This document shows positions 48,205 to 58,313 of a stretch of 64,000 bases of DNA, piece by piece (positions within the stretch are counted from its first letter, which is position 1; the number at the start of each line of letters is the position of its first letter). Origin of the DNA: Parcubacteria group bacterium (GTDB lineage Bacteria > Patescibacteriota > Minisyncoccia > Phycocordibacterales > UBA2135); the NCBI GenBank assembly GCA_016204045.1, contig JACQLQ010000001.1, forward strand, positions 321,792 to 385,791, given 5' to 3'. Both the position numbers and the translations under genes were made by a program. The notes below the pieces were generated by a model. The model saw only the letters and a list, made by a program, of their open reading frames with translations, did not search any database and had not been told where the DNA came from.

Positions 48205-49644
48205 CTATTTCTTTGTGAGTGCAGCCTTAATGTGCTTCCTCGCAAGTCCTGTCTTTATGTATCCGAGCCATTTGTGTGAGGGCATGCTCGACTTCTTGGT
48301 CACAATCTCGACGATGTCTCCGTTGTGAAGTGGGGTGTCGAGAGACACCATGCGAGCGTTTACCCGAGCGGCAGAGGTGTGGTCCCCAATGTCCGAGTGT
48401 ATGGCGTAGGCAAAGTCGATGGGTGTCGAGTCTTGCGGGAGGTCGATAACGTCGCCATCGGGCGTGAAGACGAAGACCCGGTCAGAGAAGAAATCTTTTT
48501 TGAGTCGTTCGAGAAACTCTCCTGTCTCTGCAACATGCTTCTGCCATTCCGAAATCTCTCGAATCCACTCGAGCTTTTTCTTGAAGTCACGTTCTCCGCG
48601 TGTTTTCCCCTTACCGATTTCTTTGTAGGCGAGGTGAGAGGCGATACCGTACTCTGCCTCTTTGTGCATTTGCGTAGTTCTAATCTGAATCTCGACGATC
48701 CCGCCATCTCCAGTGAAGATGGTCGTGTGTATACTTTGGTAGCCGTTTAGTTTCGGTGCGGCAATATAGTCCTTGATTCGTCCCGGGAGTGGTCGCCACG
48801 CGCCGTGGATAATGCCGAGGACGCGGTAGCAGTCAGCGACAGAGTCGACGACAATACGAAGTGCCGCTATGTCGTAGACCTTGTCGATGTCCATGTCATA
48901 GCGTTGCAGTTTCTTGTACAAGCTGTAGAGATGCTTCACGCGGTAGTCGACCTCCACAGGCTTAATACCTTCTTTGTAGAGCTCTTTTTGAAGCGACCGA
49001 TACACCTTCTCTAGATGAGAGAGATTTTCCTTACTTTTTTGTTTCAGGAGTACAAGTGTTTCTTTGTGCGCGTCAGGATGTGCGTAGGGGAAGGCGAGGT
49101 CCTCGAGCGCACCCTTGATGCGTCCCATGCCGAGACGGTTTGCGATTGGTCCGTATATCTCGAGTGTCTCCACAGCAACACGCTTTTGCTTGTTTTCCTT
49201 AACGTACTTAAGTGTCTGCAAGTTGTGCAGGCGGTCGGCGAATTTGATGATGAGCACACGCGGGTCTTCTGCAACCGCAAGCAAAAAACGGCGCAAGCTT
49301 TCTGCATAGCGCTCGAGTCCCTTGTATTGGTATTTTTTGAGTTTGGTGACTCCTTGTATAAGAAAGGCTACTTCATCACCAAATTGTTTTGCCAACTCCG
49401 CCTCCGTTACCTCACTGTCCTCGATGACGTCGTGGAGGAGCCCCGCGGCAATCGTCTCCGCATCCATCTTGAAGTTCGCGAGCGTCTTTGCAACCTCGAA
49501 GACGTGCAGGGAATAGGGATCGCCCGACTCGCGTTGCTGATCTTTGTGGATTTCTTGGGCAAAGGTATATGCCCGAGTGATCAGGTCTTTGTCCCGGTTA
49601 CTTGCCGAGGGGAGGAGCGTTAGGATCTCATTGACCTCTTGCAT
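48205..49644 (-). CDS. rel: bifunctional (p)ppGpp synthetase/hydrolase Rel/SpoT (HD + synthetase + TGS)
   Basis: HD motif HDVIEDS. Synthetase domain (RIKDYIAAPKLNGYQSIHT). TGS (HNGDIVEIVT). Start at ATG 49644 (MQEVNEIL). Confidence 0.9.
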   Translation of the reverse strand: MQEVNEILTLLPSASNRDKDLITRAYTFAQEIHKDQQRESGDPYSLHVFEVAKTLANFKMDAETIAAGLLHDVIEDSEVTEAELAKQFGDEVAFLIQGVTKLKKYQYKGLERYAESLRRFLLAVAEDPRVLIIKFADRLHNLQTLKYVKENKQKRVAVETLEIYGPIANRLGMGRIKGALEDLAFPYAHPDAHKETLVLLKQKSKENLSHLEKVYRSLQKELYKEGIKPVEVDYRVKHLYSLYKKLQRYDMDIDKVYDIAALRIVVDSVADCYRVLGIIHGAWRPLPGRIKDYIAAPKLNGYQSIHTTIFTGDGGIVEIQIRTTQMHKEAEYGIASHLAYKEIGKGKTRGERDFKKKLEWIREISEWQKHVAETGEFLERLKKDFFSDRVFVFTPDGDVIDLPQDSTPIDFAYAIHSDIGDHTSAARVNARMVSLDTPLHNGDIVEIVTKKSSMPSHKWLGYIKTGLARKHIKAALTKK

Positions 49645-49689
49645 GTTTGCACTATACTTTGAAAAGAGCGATTTGTGAAGGGCAGAGCG

Positions 49690-49863
49690 ATGACCAAGAA
49701 AAGCCAAATCCGCAAGGGAAAGCAAAAGAAAAGCCCTAAGAATAAAGGGCGAAAAGCAGATACAAAGGTCTATCGCTGCGAGACGTGTGGTGACCGTGTG
49801 CCCGTTGAGGATGCCATGGTGCACGTCGCCGAATGCGACATGACCATTCCCCGAAGCGACTAA
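49690..49863 (+). CDS. hypothetical small zinc-ribbon protein
   Basis: CETCGDRV...HVAECD: Cys2-His-Cys. Lys-rich N-terminus. Confidence 0.4.
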   Translation: MTKKSQIRKGKQKKSPKNKGRKADTKVYRCETCGDRVPVEDAMVHVAECDMTIPRSD

Positions 49864-49866
49864 GGG

Positions 49867-49895
49867 TTGACTTTCACTGCTTTTTCATGTATAAT
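49867..49895 (+). promoter_or_regulatory. sigma70-like promoter TTGACT-N17-TATAAT
   Basis: ggTTGACTttcactgctttttcatgTATAATtaa. Followed by AAGGAGG Shine-Dalgarno and GTG start of 49943. Confidence 0.5.
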
Positions 49896-49942
49896 TAAAA
49901 GGTAAAGCTGGACCTTAACCTAAGAAACCAAGGAGGCGGTCT

Positions 49943-50212
49943 GTGCAGTACGACGACTTTCTTGCCTATCTCGGGATTTTCGTTTGCCTTGTGCTTGGTG
50001 TAATCGGGGGCATTTACCTGACAGTTACCGCCCTCATCATCCTCACCGCGATCCTCGTTCTCATCGCAGGTGTCTCATGGGACAGGTGCAGCGCCGGGAG
50101 CGACTTCACGGCCGCGCTCTTATTGGCATCGGTGGTCGCCCTCGTCTTCATGTGGGTGTCCTACGGCGTCTCGGTCAACTGGGACACGCTAAGTCCCTAC
50201 ATCCTGCGCTAA
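49943..50212 (+). CDS. hypothetical small membrane protein (tandem paralog A1)
   Basis: GTG start with AAGGAGG Shine-Dalgarno. Three TM helices. Ends ...VNWDTLSPYILR. Confidence 0.45.
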   Translation: MQYDDFLAYLGIFVCLVLGVIGGIYLTVTALIILTAILVLIAGVSWDRCSAGSDFTAALLLASVVALVFMWVSYGVSVNWDTLSPYILR

Positions 50213-50239
50213 CGCAGAGAACACAAGGAGACAGCCGCA

Positions 50240-50548
50240 ATGAGCAATGAAGATATTTCCATGTGGGTGGGGGGTGTGTTGGTTTGCTTGGCTTGCTTGA
50301 TTCTCGGAAGCGTCACCGGTGTCTACATGCAGACCGGAGCCATCATCATCACCACGGTGGTAGTCGGCATTGTCTGCTTCGCCGCATTCAAGCGGCTAAA
50401 CCAGGGAGCCATCAGCTATTTAATTGGGCTTTGCTTTTTTGGGTCCTTGGCGTTCCTGATTTCCACGTGGGCGGCGTACTTCATCCGCCTCGCCGTGGTC
50501 AACTGGAGTGCCATCGAGACCTTCGTCGTCACGCACATCCTGCGCTAA
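50240..50548 (+). CDS. hypothetical small membrane protein (tandem paralog A2)
   Basis: AAGGAGA Shine-Dalgarno. Ends ...VNWSAIETFVVTHILR. Shares the terminal catcctgcgctaacgc with A1. Confidence 0.45.
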   Translation: MSNEDISMWVGGVLVCLACLILGSVTGVYMQTGAIIITTVVVGIVCFAAFKRLNQGAISYLIGLCFFGSLAFLISTWAAYFIRLAVVNWSAIETFVVTHILR

Positions 50549-50561
50549 CGCGCAGAACCAA

Positions 50562-50594
50562 GCCTGGAGCGCACTCGCGCGCTCCAGGTTTTTA
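50562..50594 (+). terminator. terminator after the paralog pair
   Basis: agcctggagcgc-actc-gcgctccaggttttta. Confidence 0.7.
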
Positions 50595-50609
50595 AATTGT
50601 GTGATAAAC

Positions 50610-52805
50610 CTACTCCGGCTTTATCTTGTGGGGATTATGCATCGCGCACGCCTTGTTGCTGCAGCGTTCAGGTATGGTCTTGGTTCCCTCCATCATTAAG
50701 GAGCTACACTTAGGACAAATATTTCCTGTTGGCTTTGCTTTCATACTGAAGCGGCACTTTGGGTACGCCGTACAGGCGTAGAACATACCGAATCGCCCCT
50801 TCCTCTCTGCAAGTTCACCCTTGCCGCATTCAGGACATTTCACCCCCGTCGTGTTCACAAGGGGTTTCCCGTCGCTCGTTTCAACCTGTTTTACATACCG
50901 ACATTTTGGGTAGCCACTACACCCAATGAACTCACCGAAACGTCCGGCTCGCTTTACCAAAGGTTTGCTACACTCCGGACACTTTTCTCCCGTCTCCTCC
51001 GCCACTTCTTTTTTCATTATCGAGCCATCGAGCACACGCGCACCCTTACATTCAGGAAATCGCTTACAACTATAAAACTTGCCGATGCGCCCGAGCTTCA
51101 CTACCATGGCGCTGCTACATTCTGGACATCGTATATCATCTGGCGCAGGAGCGATGTCAGTTATCTTATCAATGTCTGCTTTGGCACCCACCGCCTCATG
51201 GAAGGGTCCGTAGAACTCTTTTAGTGTTGCTTCGTATGAGCGGTTACCTTCTGCAATCTGGTCGAGCTTGTCTTCCATTTCTGCGGTGAAGGTGTCGCTT
51301 ATATAATGAGTGAAATTCTTTTCGAGGAATTCGTTTACCACATCGCCCAAGTCTGTGGGGTAGAGTGTTCGGTTTTCTCGGCGCACATATTCACGATCAA
51401 CGAGCGTCTTCATAATTGACGCATATGTTGAAGGACGCCCAATGCCGCGCTTTTCGAGCTCTTTAATGAGTCCCGCTTCGGTGTAGCGGTTTGGTGGCTC
51501 GGTCGCTTTCTTTTCACTCGCCACGTCGACAAGGGAAAGGGGATCTTGCTCTCCAACCTTTGGTAATTCCACATCCTCACCACGCGCTCGGGGGTCTGCA
51601 CGCAGCCACCCTTCGAAGACGATTCTCGAGCCATTCGCGGCAAAGTCGGGGATGGTTTCTCCACCATCAATGTTCGCAGTAATCTTTGTCTTGAGCGCTT
51701 TCGCGTCCGTCATTTGAGAGGAAACAGCGCGTTGCCATATCAGTGCATAGAGCTTCTTGTGTGCTTCTGTCCTCCCAACCTCTTGCTTTTCAATATGTGT
51801 TGGGCGGATCGCCTCGTGTGCTTCTTGCGCCGACTTGCTCTTCGTCTTGTAGACATTGGCGCTCATGTATTCATTACCATATTCTTTTCTCACGAAAGCC
51901 AAAATACTCTTCTGCGCATCGGCGGCCATGTTGGTCGAGTCTGTGCGCATGTAGGTAATGTGCCCCTCTTCGTAGAGACCTTGCGCGAGGCGCATCGTCT
52001 GCGACGGGGAGATGCCGAGCCGTGAGCTCGCAGATTGCTGGAGTGTAGATGTGGTAAAGGGCGCACGTGGAGCGCGTCTCTGTTCCTTCTCTTCGACTGC
52101 CATCACTTTCCACGACCCCTTCTTTCCCGCCGCAACAATTCTCTCTGCCTCTTTCTCATCGCGCGGTTCTTGAACGCAGGTGAGCGTGAGCCCATCTCCT
52201 GACTTTGTTTTTGTCTCAGCGGTAATCACCCAGAAATTCTCTGGCTTGAAGGCCCTGATTTCTTTTTCCTGCTCCATCAATATACGAAGCGCGGGGGACT
52301 GCACGCGGCCTGCCGAAAGGCCGTATCGTAGTTTCTTCCAGATGAGCCCCGAGAGGTCATAGCCAAAGAGTCGGTCCAAGACACGGCGGGCTTCCTGCGC
52401 GCTCTTAAGATTCATATCAATACTGCGCGGGTTTTTGACCGCTTCTTGTACCGCCTTTTCTGTGATCTCATGGAAGACAATCCTTTTTACTTTCTCCGGA
52501 GTTTTATTGAGATTACAAATCTCCGCAATGTGCCAGGAGATAGCCTCACCCTCACGGTCAGGGTCAGTGGCGAGCACCACTTCGTCCGCCTTCTTGCATG
52601 CCGCGGCAAGTTCCTTAACCACCTTCTCTTTCCCGGGGATGATTTGATAATTGGGGACAAAACCCGCTTCAATATCGATAGCACCCTTGCTCGACTTCGG
52701 GATATCACGAATGTGACCAACGGATGATTTCACCACGTAGTCGTCTCCCAAATATTTGTTTATAGTCTTCGCCTTTGCAGGCGATTCGACGATGACGAGC
52801 TTCAT
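50610..52805 (-). CDS. topA: DNA topoisomerase I with C-terminal zinc ribbons
   Basis: Toprim MKLVIVESPAKAKTI. Active-site Tyr region. Multiple C4 zinc-ribbon repeats. Confidence 0.95.
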   Translation of the reverse strand: MKLVIVESPAKAKTINKYLGDDYVVKSSVGHIRDIPKSSKGAIDIEAGFVPNYQIIPGKEKVVKELAAACKKADEVVLATDPDREGEAISWHIAEICNLNKTPEKVKRIVFHEITEKAVQEAVKNPRSIDMNLKSAQEARRVLDRLFGYDLSGLIWKKLRYGLSAGRVQSPALRILMEQEKEIRAFKPENFWVITAETKTKSGDGLTLTCVQEPRDEKEAERIVAAGKKGSWKVMAVEEKEQRRAPRAPFTTSTLQQSASSRLGISPSQTMRLAQGLYEEGHITYMRTDSTNMAADAQKSILAFVRKEYGNEYMSANVYKTKSKSAQEAHEAIRPTHIEKQEVGRTEAHKKLYALIWQRAVSSQMTDAKALKTKITANIDGGETIPDFAANGSRIVFEGWLRADPRARGEDVELPKVGEQDPLSLVDVASEKKATEPPNRYTEAGLIKELEKRGIGRPSTYASIMKTLVDREYVRRENRTLYPTDLGDVVNEFLEKNFTHYISDTFTAEMEDKLDQIAEGNRSYEATLKEFYGPFHEAVGAKADIDKITDIAPAPDDIRCPECSSAMVVKLGRIGKFYSCKRFPECKGARVLDGSIMKKEVAEETGEKCPECSKPLVKRAGRFGEFIGCSGYPKCRYVKQVETSDGKPLVNTTGVKCPECGKGELAERKGRFGMFYACTAYPKCRFSMKAKPTGNICPKCSSLMMEGTKTIPERCSNKACAMHNPHKIKPE

Positions 52806-52894
52806 GACTTCACACTAATACTACATGTTTTAGCTTTTTGCAAATAATTAAGTGAAAAAACTCTTGATTTTGATACCGTTCTTTTGTATCTTCT

Positions 52895-53131
52895 TTGAAA
52901 GACGACTCGATGAGGAAAGGTTTAATGACCGGTCTTATCTCGCTCTTTTGGCTTTTCGTGTATTGGATAGTGGCGACGTTTGTGATGCTCGCGGCTGTGG
53001 CGGTCTACGTACTCATTATTAAGGATAGCGATGTGGGGGAAATAAAGCGAGAGCTAATGCATAAGTTTACATGGGCCGTCTGCATTTCGGGCGGGTTCAT
53101 ACTCGCAATCGTCGCCAAGTTCACTATGTAA
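52895..53131 (+). CDS. hypothetical small membrane protein
   Basis: Two TM helices. Confidence 0.35.
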   Translation: MKDDSMRKGLMTGLISLFWLFVYWIVATFVMLAAVAVYVLIIKDSDVGEIKRELMHKFTWAVCISGGFILAIVAKFTM

Positions 53132-53156
53132 TTGTCCCAAGCCCCTCAGGGCTTTT

Positions 53157-54047
53157 TTAAATGGCACGGTGCACCTCCCCAAGCGCTTCTTTTGTGAGTC
53201 CGCGCAATTCAAGTGTCGAGAGTCCAATGTTCACGTCGGTAATCGAAAGTCCGCTTTCACGGATGAGATCGTCTTTTGTCATGGGTTCGTCAAGGAGCTC
53301 GAGAAGCGTGCGCTCCACCTCAGTGCAATCGTGCGGCACGCCTGGTGTCTCCGCGGTTCCATCGGCAGCACTATCCATGTTCCATGCGGTAAGGATATCT
53401 TTTCCGGATGTCACCGGAGTTGCCCCGAGTTTCAAGAGTTGGTTCGCGCCCGCACTGTTGGCCGAAAAGATGGGTCCCGGTACGACGAAGACATCGCGGT
53501 TGTATTCTGTAGCGAGTCGTGCGGTGACAAGTGTACCCGAACGTTCTCCTGCCTCGATAATGAGAACTCCCCGCGCGATCCCCGCCATAATGCGATTTCG
53601 TTGTGGAAAAGAGTATGGCGTCGCACGGAAATCTGGTTCAAATTCCGAAACCAATGCACCCCCGCTTTGCACAATTGTTTCTGCAAGGCGTTGGTTTGTT
53701 CTCGGGTAGAGCACGTGTGCCCCAAGACCCGAACCGGGGACGGCAACCGTTGGCAACCCAGCATTAAGCGCTGCATTGTGAGCAATAGCGTCAATGCCGA
53801 GTGCTAGTCCAGAGACGATGACGACGGGTGTGCCACGCAGATCTGCAATAATTTTTTCACAGACCTCTCGCCCGTAGTTTGTGTATTTGCGGGAGCCGAC
53901 GACGGCAAGGTAGCCATAATCGAGAGGAGAAGGGAGAGCACCTTTTATATACAGTCTTTCGGGCACCTGTGGAATCTCGAGAAGCGCTTTTGGAAATTGC
54001 TCGCGCGCAAGTATTTGTATTTCCGCTGCAGTCATACTTGTTCCCAT
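53157..54047 (-). CDS. dprA: DNA-processing protein DprA (Smf)
   Basis: Rossmann-like GLALGIDAIAHNAAL, GSGLGAHVLYP. C-terminal winged helix. Confidence 0.85.
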   Translation of the reverse strand: MGTSMTAAEIQILAREQFPKALLEIPQVPERLYIKGALPSPLDYGYLAVVGSRKYTNYGREVCEKIIADLRGTPVVIVSGLALGIDAIAHNAALNAGLPTVAVPGSGLGAHVLYPRTNQRLAETIVQSGGALVSEFEPDFRATPYSFPQRNRIMAGIARGVLIIEAGERSGTLVTARLATEYNRDVFVVPGPIFSANSAGANQLLKLGATPVTSGKDILTAWNMDSAADGTAETPGVPHDCTEVERTLLELLDEPMTKDDLIRESGLSITDVNIGLSTLELRGLTKEALGEVHRAI

Positions 54048-54085
54048 TATTGTATACTAAATACCAAATACTATATACTAAAGCT

Positions 54086-55360
54086 ATGTTGGATATTAAC
54101 TTCATCCGCGAAAACCAGGAACTAATACGCGACGCCGCGCGGAAGAAACACATCAAGTTTGATATCGCAAAGCTCATCGAAGAGGACGACAAGCGTCGCT
54201 CACTCCTTCAAGGTGTCGAAGAAATACGCGCCCAACAAAACGCGGCGGGCGAAGAAATAGCTAAAGCAAAAGATGGCGATCGGGAAGCTCTGGTTCGGAG
54301 CATGAAGGGTCTCAAAGAGACGCTTCAGAAGAAAGAAGAGGAGCTCGAAAAGGTGATGAAAGCATGGCGTCTTCTGATGCTTCAAGTTCCCAACGTCCCC
54401 GATGTCTCTGTGCCAGAGGGAGAAGATGATTCCAAGAACCAAGAGATCAAAGCGTGGGGTCTCCAGCCACAGTTTGCCTTTACGCCCAAGAGTCACATCG
54501 AGCTCATGACGGCGCTCGACATGGCCGACTTCGAGCGTGGGGCAAAGGTGTCTGGTTTCCGCGGCTATTTCTTAAAGAACGACGGTGCACGACTTGCCTT
54601 CGCATTGTGGCGATTTGCACAAGACTTCTTCCTCGAAAGTAGCAAGGGCTTTACCCCCATTATTACTCCCTCCATCGTACGCCCCGAACCATTTTTTGGA
54701 ACCGGGTATTTGCCGCAAGGAGAAGAAGATCTCTACAAAACTCAAGACGGCGCGTATCTCACAGGGACATCCGAGGTTCCCATCATGGGGTACCACATGG
54801 ACGAGGTCATTCCAAAAGAGAAATTTCCGATCAAGTTTTTTGGTTTCTCTTCATGTTTCCGGCGCGAGGCGGGAAGTCATGGTAAGGACACCAAGGGTAT
54901 TGTGCGTGTCCATGAATTCTTTAAGTTCGAACAAGTGATACTCTGTGAAGCTGACCATCAGACGTCGGTCAAATACCACGAATGGATAAACAGGAACACC
55001 GAAGAGGCAATGGAGAAGCTTGGTATTCCGTACCACACCGTCATTAACGCCGGGGGCGACTTGGGGTTAGGCCAGGTCAAGAAGTACGACATCGAGCTCT
55101 GGGTTCCCTCGGAGAAAAGATATCGCGAGATAAGCTCGGCATCCTACTTTCATGATTTCCAAACACGCCGCCTGAATATTCGCTATCGTGGTGAAGACGG
55201 GAAACTCCGCTTCGCACACTCGTTGAACTCGACTGCAATCGCGACCCCGCGCCTGCTCGTCCCCTTGATCGAGAATAACCAAGAGGCAGACGGCTCGATC
55301 GTGATCCCAAAGGCGCTTCAACCCTACATGGGCAAAGAGCGGATTACGAAAGATCGCTAG
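54086..55360 (+). CDS. serS: serine--tRNA ligase
   Basis: N-terminal coiled-coil. Class II motifs (FRREAGSHG, TPRLLVPLIENNQ). Start at MLDINFIREN. Confidence 0.95.
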   Translation: MLDINFIRENQELIRDAARKKHIKFDIAKLIEEDDKRRSLLQGVEEIRAQQNAAGEEIAKAKDGDREALVRSMKGLKETLQKKEEELEKVMKAWRLLMLQVPNVPDVSVPEGEDDSKNQEIKAWGLQPQFAFTPKSHIELMTALDMADFERGAKVSGFRGYFLKNDGARLAFALWRFAQDFFLESSKGFTPIITPSIVRPEPFFGTGYLPQGEEDLYKTQDGAYLTGTSEVPIMGYHMDEVIPKEKFPIKFFGFSSCFRREAGSHGKDTKGIVRVHEFFKFEQVILCEADHQTSVKYHEWINRNTEEAMEKLGIPYHTVINAGGDLGLGQVKKYDIELWVPSEKRYREISSASYFHDFQTRRLNIRYRGEDGKLRFAHSLNSTAIATPRLLVPLIENNQEADGSIVIPKALQPYMGKERITKDR

Positions 55361-55361
55361 T

Positions 55362-56240
55362 ATGTTTGTCCCATCGAAAAGAAGTATTTTGAAGGGATCG
55401 TATAAAAGACCTCCCTCAAGAAGTCGCGCGCTCTTAATTGGCGCGTCTCTTTTTTTCATTACGCTCTCGGCCTTAACTGGACTGGCGGCGTGGAGCTCGG
55501 GGAATCCTCGGGTGACCATACAGACACTCCATATCTCCGGCACCGAGAAACTAGAAGTAGAGACACTGAAAGATTTTGTTACGCAGTCGCTCAAGGGGCG
55601 TTACGTGTATCTTTTTTCTCGTGCGAACATTTTCATCTACCCTGATCACACGATTGAGAAAAAGCTTTTGAGCACTTTCCTCGAGCTCAAGTCTGCCCGT
55701 CTATCACGCGATTCGTTCACAGCACTTTCTCTCACTGTTGCAGAACGTAAGCCTCGATATTTGTGGTGCGGAGAGGGGAGAGATCTCAAGACAGAGATTC
55801 CTGACCGATGTTATTTTGTCGACGAGGATGGTGTCATCTTCATGAACGCGCCGTACTTCTCGGGTCGTGTGTATTTTGAAATGTATGGTGTGCCCGAAGG
55901 CGAGCGACTTGCTGTCGAGGAGGGACGAGTAGAGCCGCTCGGAAGGCGCTTCCTTAGAGAAGACACTTTCACGCGAGTGACCAGTTTTATTGAAGCGGTA
56001 AAAGGGCTCGGTATTGAACCGGTGTTTCTCATGATGAAGGAGGAAGGGGACGAGCTCCTCCTTGAAAACGGAGTACGGCTCATTTTTAATCGGGACAACG
56101 CGCCGGAGGAGATGGCCAATACGCTTTCTAATGCGCTCCAAAGCGAAGTGCTTCCGCTTGTTGCATTGACCGATATTAATACAAAGTTAGAGTATGTGGA
56201 TCTCCGTTACCCAAAAAGGGTTTATTATAAATTTGAGTAG
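55362..56240 (+). CDS. FtsQ/DivIB-like cell-division protein (POTRA domain)
   Basis: N-terminal TM, then VTIQTLHISGTEKLEVETLKDFV... beta-alpha-beta POTRA-like block. Confidence 0.55.
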   Translation: MFVPSKRSILKGSYKRPPSRSRALLIGASLFFITLSALTGLAAWSSGNPRVTIQTLHISGTEKLEVETLKDFVTQSLKGRYVYLFSRANIFIYPDHTIEKKLLSTFLELKSARLSRDSFTALSLTVAERKPRYLWCGEGRDLKTEIPDRCYFVDEDGVIFMNAPYFSGRVYFEMYGVPEGERLAVEEGRVEPLGRRFLREDTFTRVTSFIEAVKGLGIEPVFLMMKEEGDELLLENGVRLIFNRDNAPEEMANTLSNALQSEVLPLVALTDINTKLEYVDLRYPKRVYYKFE

Positions 56241-56335
56241 AAATTGACTCGGCCGCATAAGTGTGATATAAACTTCTCCAGACCCCAACACTCTCCATGG
56301 CATTGTGCTGTAGGAGAGGCTCTCGAGGAGGAAAC

Positions 56336-56668
56336 ATGTTCTGGACGATACTCACAAGCTTGTGTACCGCCCTCGGCTTATTGTTTTTCTACATCTTGCC
56401 GGCACTTACCAAAGCTTCTGGTCGGTCGCCAGCACCACAGGCTGCATCTTTTGTGGTGGGCGTGATCTTCTTTGGAGTTACTGTTCTTTTCGCTCTCTTC
56501 ACCGGTTATGCATACGATTTCTTCGGAGTAATCGGCATCACAATTGGGTTCGTCTTAGGGGTCTGGTATTTTGCCCTCGCTACGTGGCCCGACTTACCGA
56601 AGCGCTACGTCGAGTGGCGCTCGCGATCTGGTGGGGGCGGTGGTCCGCACACGCCGAGGCCTGCCTAG
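56336..56668 (+). CDS. hypothetical small membrane protein (tandem paralog B1)
   Basis: GGAGGAAAC Shine-Dalgarno. ...TGYAYDFFGVIGITIGFVLGVWYFALATWPDLPKRYVEW. Confidence 0.45.
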   Translation: MFWTILTSLCTALGLLFFYILPALTKASGRSPAPQAASFVVGVIFFGVTVLFALFTGYAYDFFGVIGITIGFVLGVWYFALATWPDLPKRYVEWRSRSGGGGGPHTPRPA

Positions 56669-56682
56669 AGCCTTCGTATCGT

Positions 56683-56714
56683 CACGCCGTCCAGTCCAAC
56701 TGGCGGCTTTTTTA
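56683..56714 (+). terminator. terminator module copy 1 (cacgccgtccagtccaactggcggctttttt)
   Basis: 32-nt identical to 57155..57186. Confidence 0.7.
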
Positions 56715-56832
56715 TTTTCCAATTTTCGAGATCCACTTGACCTATTTTCTTAAAATGGTATAACTGCACCAGTACGAAGTAAACACTCCTTATGGCATGG
56801 GGCCGTTAAGGGTGAAACTTGAGGAGAAGACA

Positions 56833-57144
56833 ATGGTACTCATTTGGTGCTCATTTTGGTCCGTAATTCTTTTTGCGATAGCGGTCAGTGCATTCGTGTC
56901 CACCCCAGCGTTAGAGGTGGCAGCACAACGAGGCGCGTTATTCACCCTCGGCATTCTTTGCTCCATACTCGGTATCGTGATGGCAGTTCTCACTGGCTAC
57001 AAATATGACCCGCTCGGAATCGTCGGCCTTGTGAGCGCATTCGGCTTGAGTGTACTCTGCTTTGCCGCTACCGCTTGGCCTGATTTGCCGCAGCGATATG
57101 CTGCATGGTTACAGCGGATCAAGTATGTCACCCCTGCTCCCTAA
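56833..57144 (+). CDS. hypothetical small membrane protein (tandem paralog B2)
   Basis: GAGGAGAAG Shine-Dalgarno. ...TGYKYDPLGIVGLVSAFGLSVLCFAATAWPDLPQRYAAW. Confidence 0.45.
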   Translation: MVLIWCSFWSVILFAIAVSAFVSTPALEVAAQRGALFTLGILCSILGIVMAVLTGYKYDPLGIVGLVSAFGLSVLCFAATAWPDLPQRYAAWLQRIKYVTPAP

Positions 57145-57154
57145 TCATGTGTAT

Positions 57155-57186
57155 CACGCCGTCCAGTCCAACTGGCGGCTTTTTTG
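57155..57186 (+). terminator. terminator module copy 2
   Basis: cacgccgtccagtccaactggcggctttttt. Confidence 0.7.
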
Positions 57187-57214
57187 TTGACATAAAAACC
57201 CTTGCATGTTATGT
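57186..57214 (+). promoter_or_regulatory. putative promoter TTGACA-N17-TATGTT upstream of Nudix gene
   Basis: TTGACAtaaaaacccttgcatgtTATGTT. Confidence 0.35.
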
Positions 57215-57267
57215 TCGACACTTAACCAACGTCACGAAAACGTTGGAAAAAGCAACAGGAGACGAAA

Positions 57268-57666
57268 TTGACCGGGAGACCACAGACCGTTTCAGTCCTT
57301 CTCTTTACGCGCCACGGTATTCCTTTGTTGAAGGATGAGACGAAACCAGCCCCTCATTATTGGAAGCTACCTGGTGGTAAGGGCGGACCAGGAAATGAAA
57401 CTCCCCAAGGTATCGCCATCCGAAAGATCAAAGAAAAGGTCGGTATCTCACTCTCCGCAGGCGACCTAACACTTGTTCAGTCACAGGACAGAGGTGACCA
57501 CGATTTCTCGTTTTTTGTCGCGCGGCCCCATAGGGAAACAAAACCAAAAAACAGGGGAGAGGGTGGAGAGATAATTGAACTTTTCGACCCGCAAGAGATT
57601 CTCGACATAGGAGATCTTTTTCCGAATCACCGCTCTCTTGTTCAAGGTCAATTGTCTAAACGATAG
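57268..57666 (+). CDS. NUDIX hydrolase-like protein (TTG start)
   Basis: Degenerate Nudix box GGKGGPGNETPQGIAIRKIKEKVGI. AGGAGA Shine-Dalgarno before TTG. Confidence 0.55.
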   Translation: MTGRPQTVSVLLFTRHGIPLLKDETKPAPHYWKLPGGKGGPGNETPQGIAIRKIKEKVGISLSAGDLTLVQSQDRGDHDFSFFVARPHRETKPKNRGEGGEIIELFDPQEILDIGDLFPNHRSLVQGQLSKR

Positions 57667-57792
57667 TCTGTTGCTCATGCCACGCCCCGCGTGGTATTTT
57701 TGTTTCCTCAAATCCTATTGACAGGAAGCTTTTTTTAGTTTATATCATCTCTAGCACGCGCGGCGCAGACGACCCAATACGGAAGGCCCGCA

Positions 57793-58299
57793 ATGAGCAC
57801 TAGCACCATTGAGGCAGTTACAAGATTTCCCACTGAACAGCACGTACGAGAAGTGTGCAAGCTCGGTCAGGGCGAAAAAAGTTGCCGTTATCTGGCAATG
57901 GGTGGTCGTGGCGGATGGACGTGCCTTAGAGCGAAGCAGAAGGAGTATCTTGACGGGAGAGTTGCGAATGGCCAGTTACAAGCCAAGGGCGACAACTGCG
58001 AAGGGGTACTTGGGGAGCTTTTGAAAAACAAGGCATCGCTCGTTGGTAAGCGAGTACGCTACCAAGAGCAGATGCCGACGCTTGAGGTCGCCGGCGTTCT
58101 TAGGGATTTGAGAGTAGAGGGCGACATGCTCCACATCATCGCAGACTGGGAGGGCGAGACAATGGGCCAGGGTTGCACCATTAACATTGACTATCTCAAC
58201 CTTGATATCACACCGGCCTCCATCACAATGAGTATCTCCGGCCTCGGAAGTTTTGCCGGGATAACCACAATCTTTTTGGATCAAATCCGTTCTCGATAG
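57793..58299 (+). CDS. hypothetical protein (5 Cys)
   Basis: 168-aa ORF. No family recognised. Confidence 0.45.
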   Translation: MSTSTIEAVTRFPTEQHVREVCKLGQGEKSCRYLAMGGRGGWTCLRAKQKEYLDGRVANGQLQAKGDNCEGVLGELLKNKASLVGKRVRYQEQMPTLEVAGVLRDLRVEGDMLHIIADWEGETMGQGCTINIDYLNLDITPASITMSISGLGSFAGITTIFLDQIRSR

Positions 58300-58313
58300 G
58301 GGGGTGACAAGGG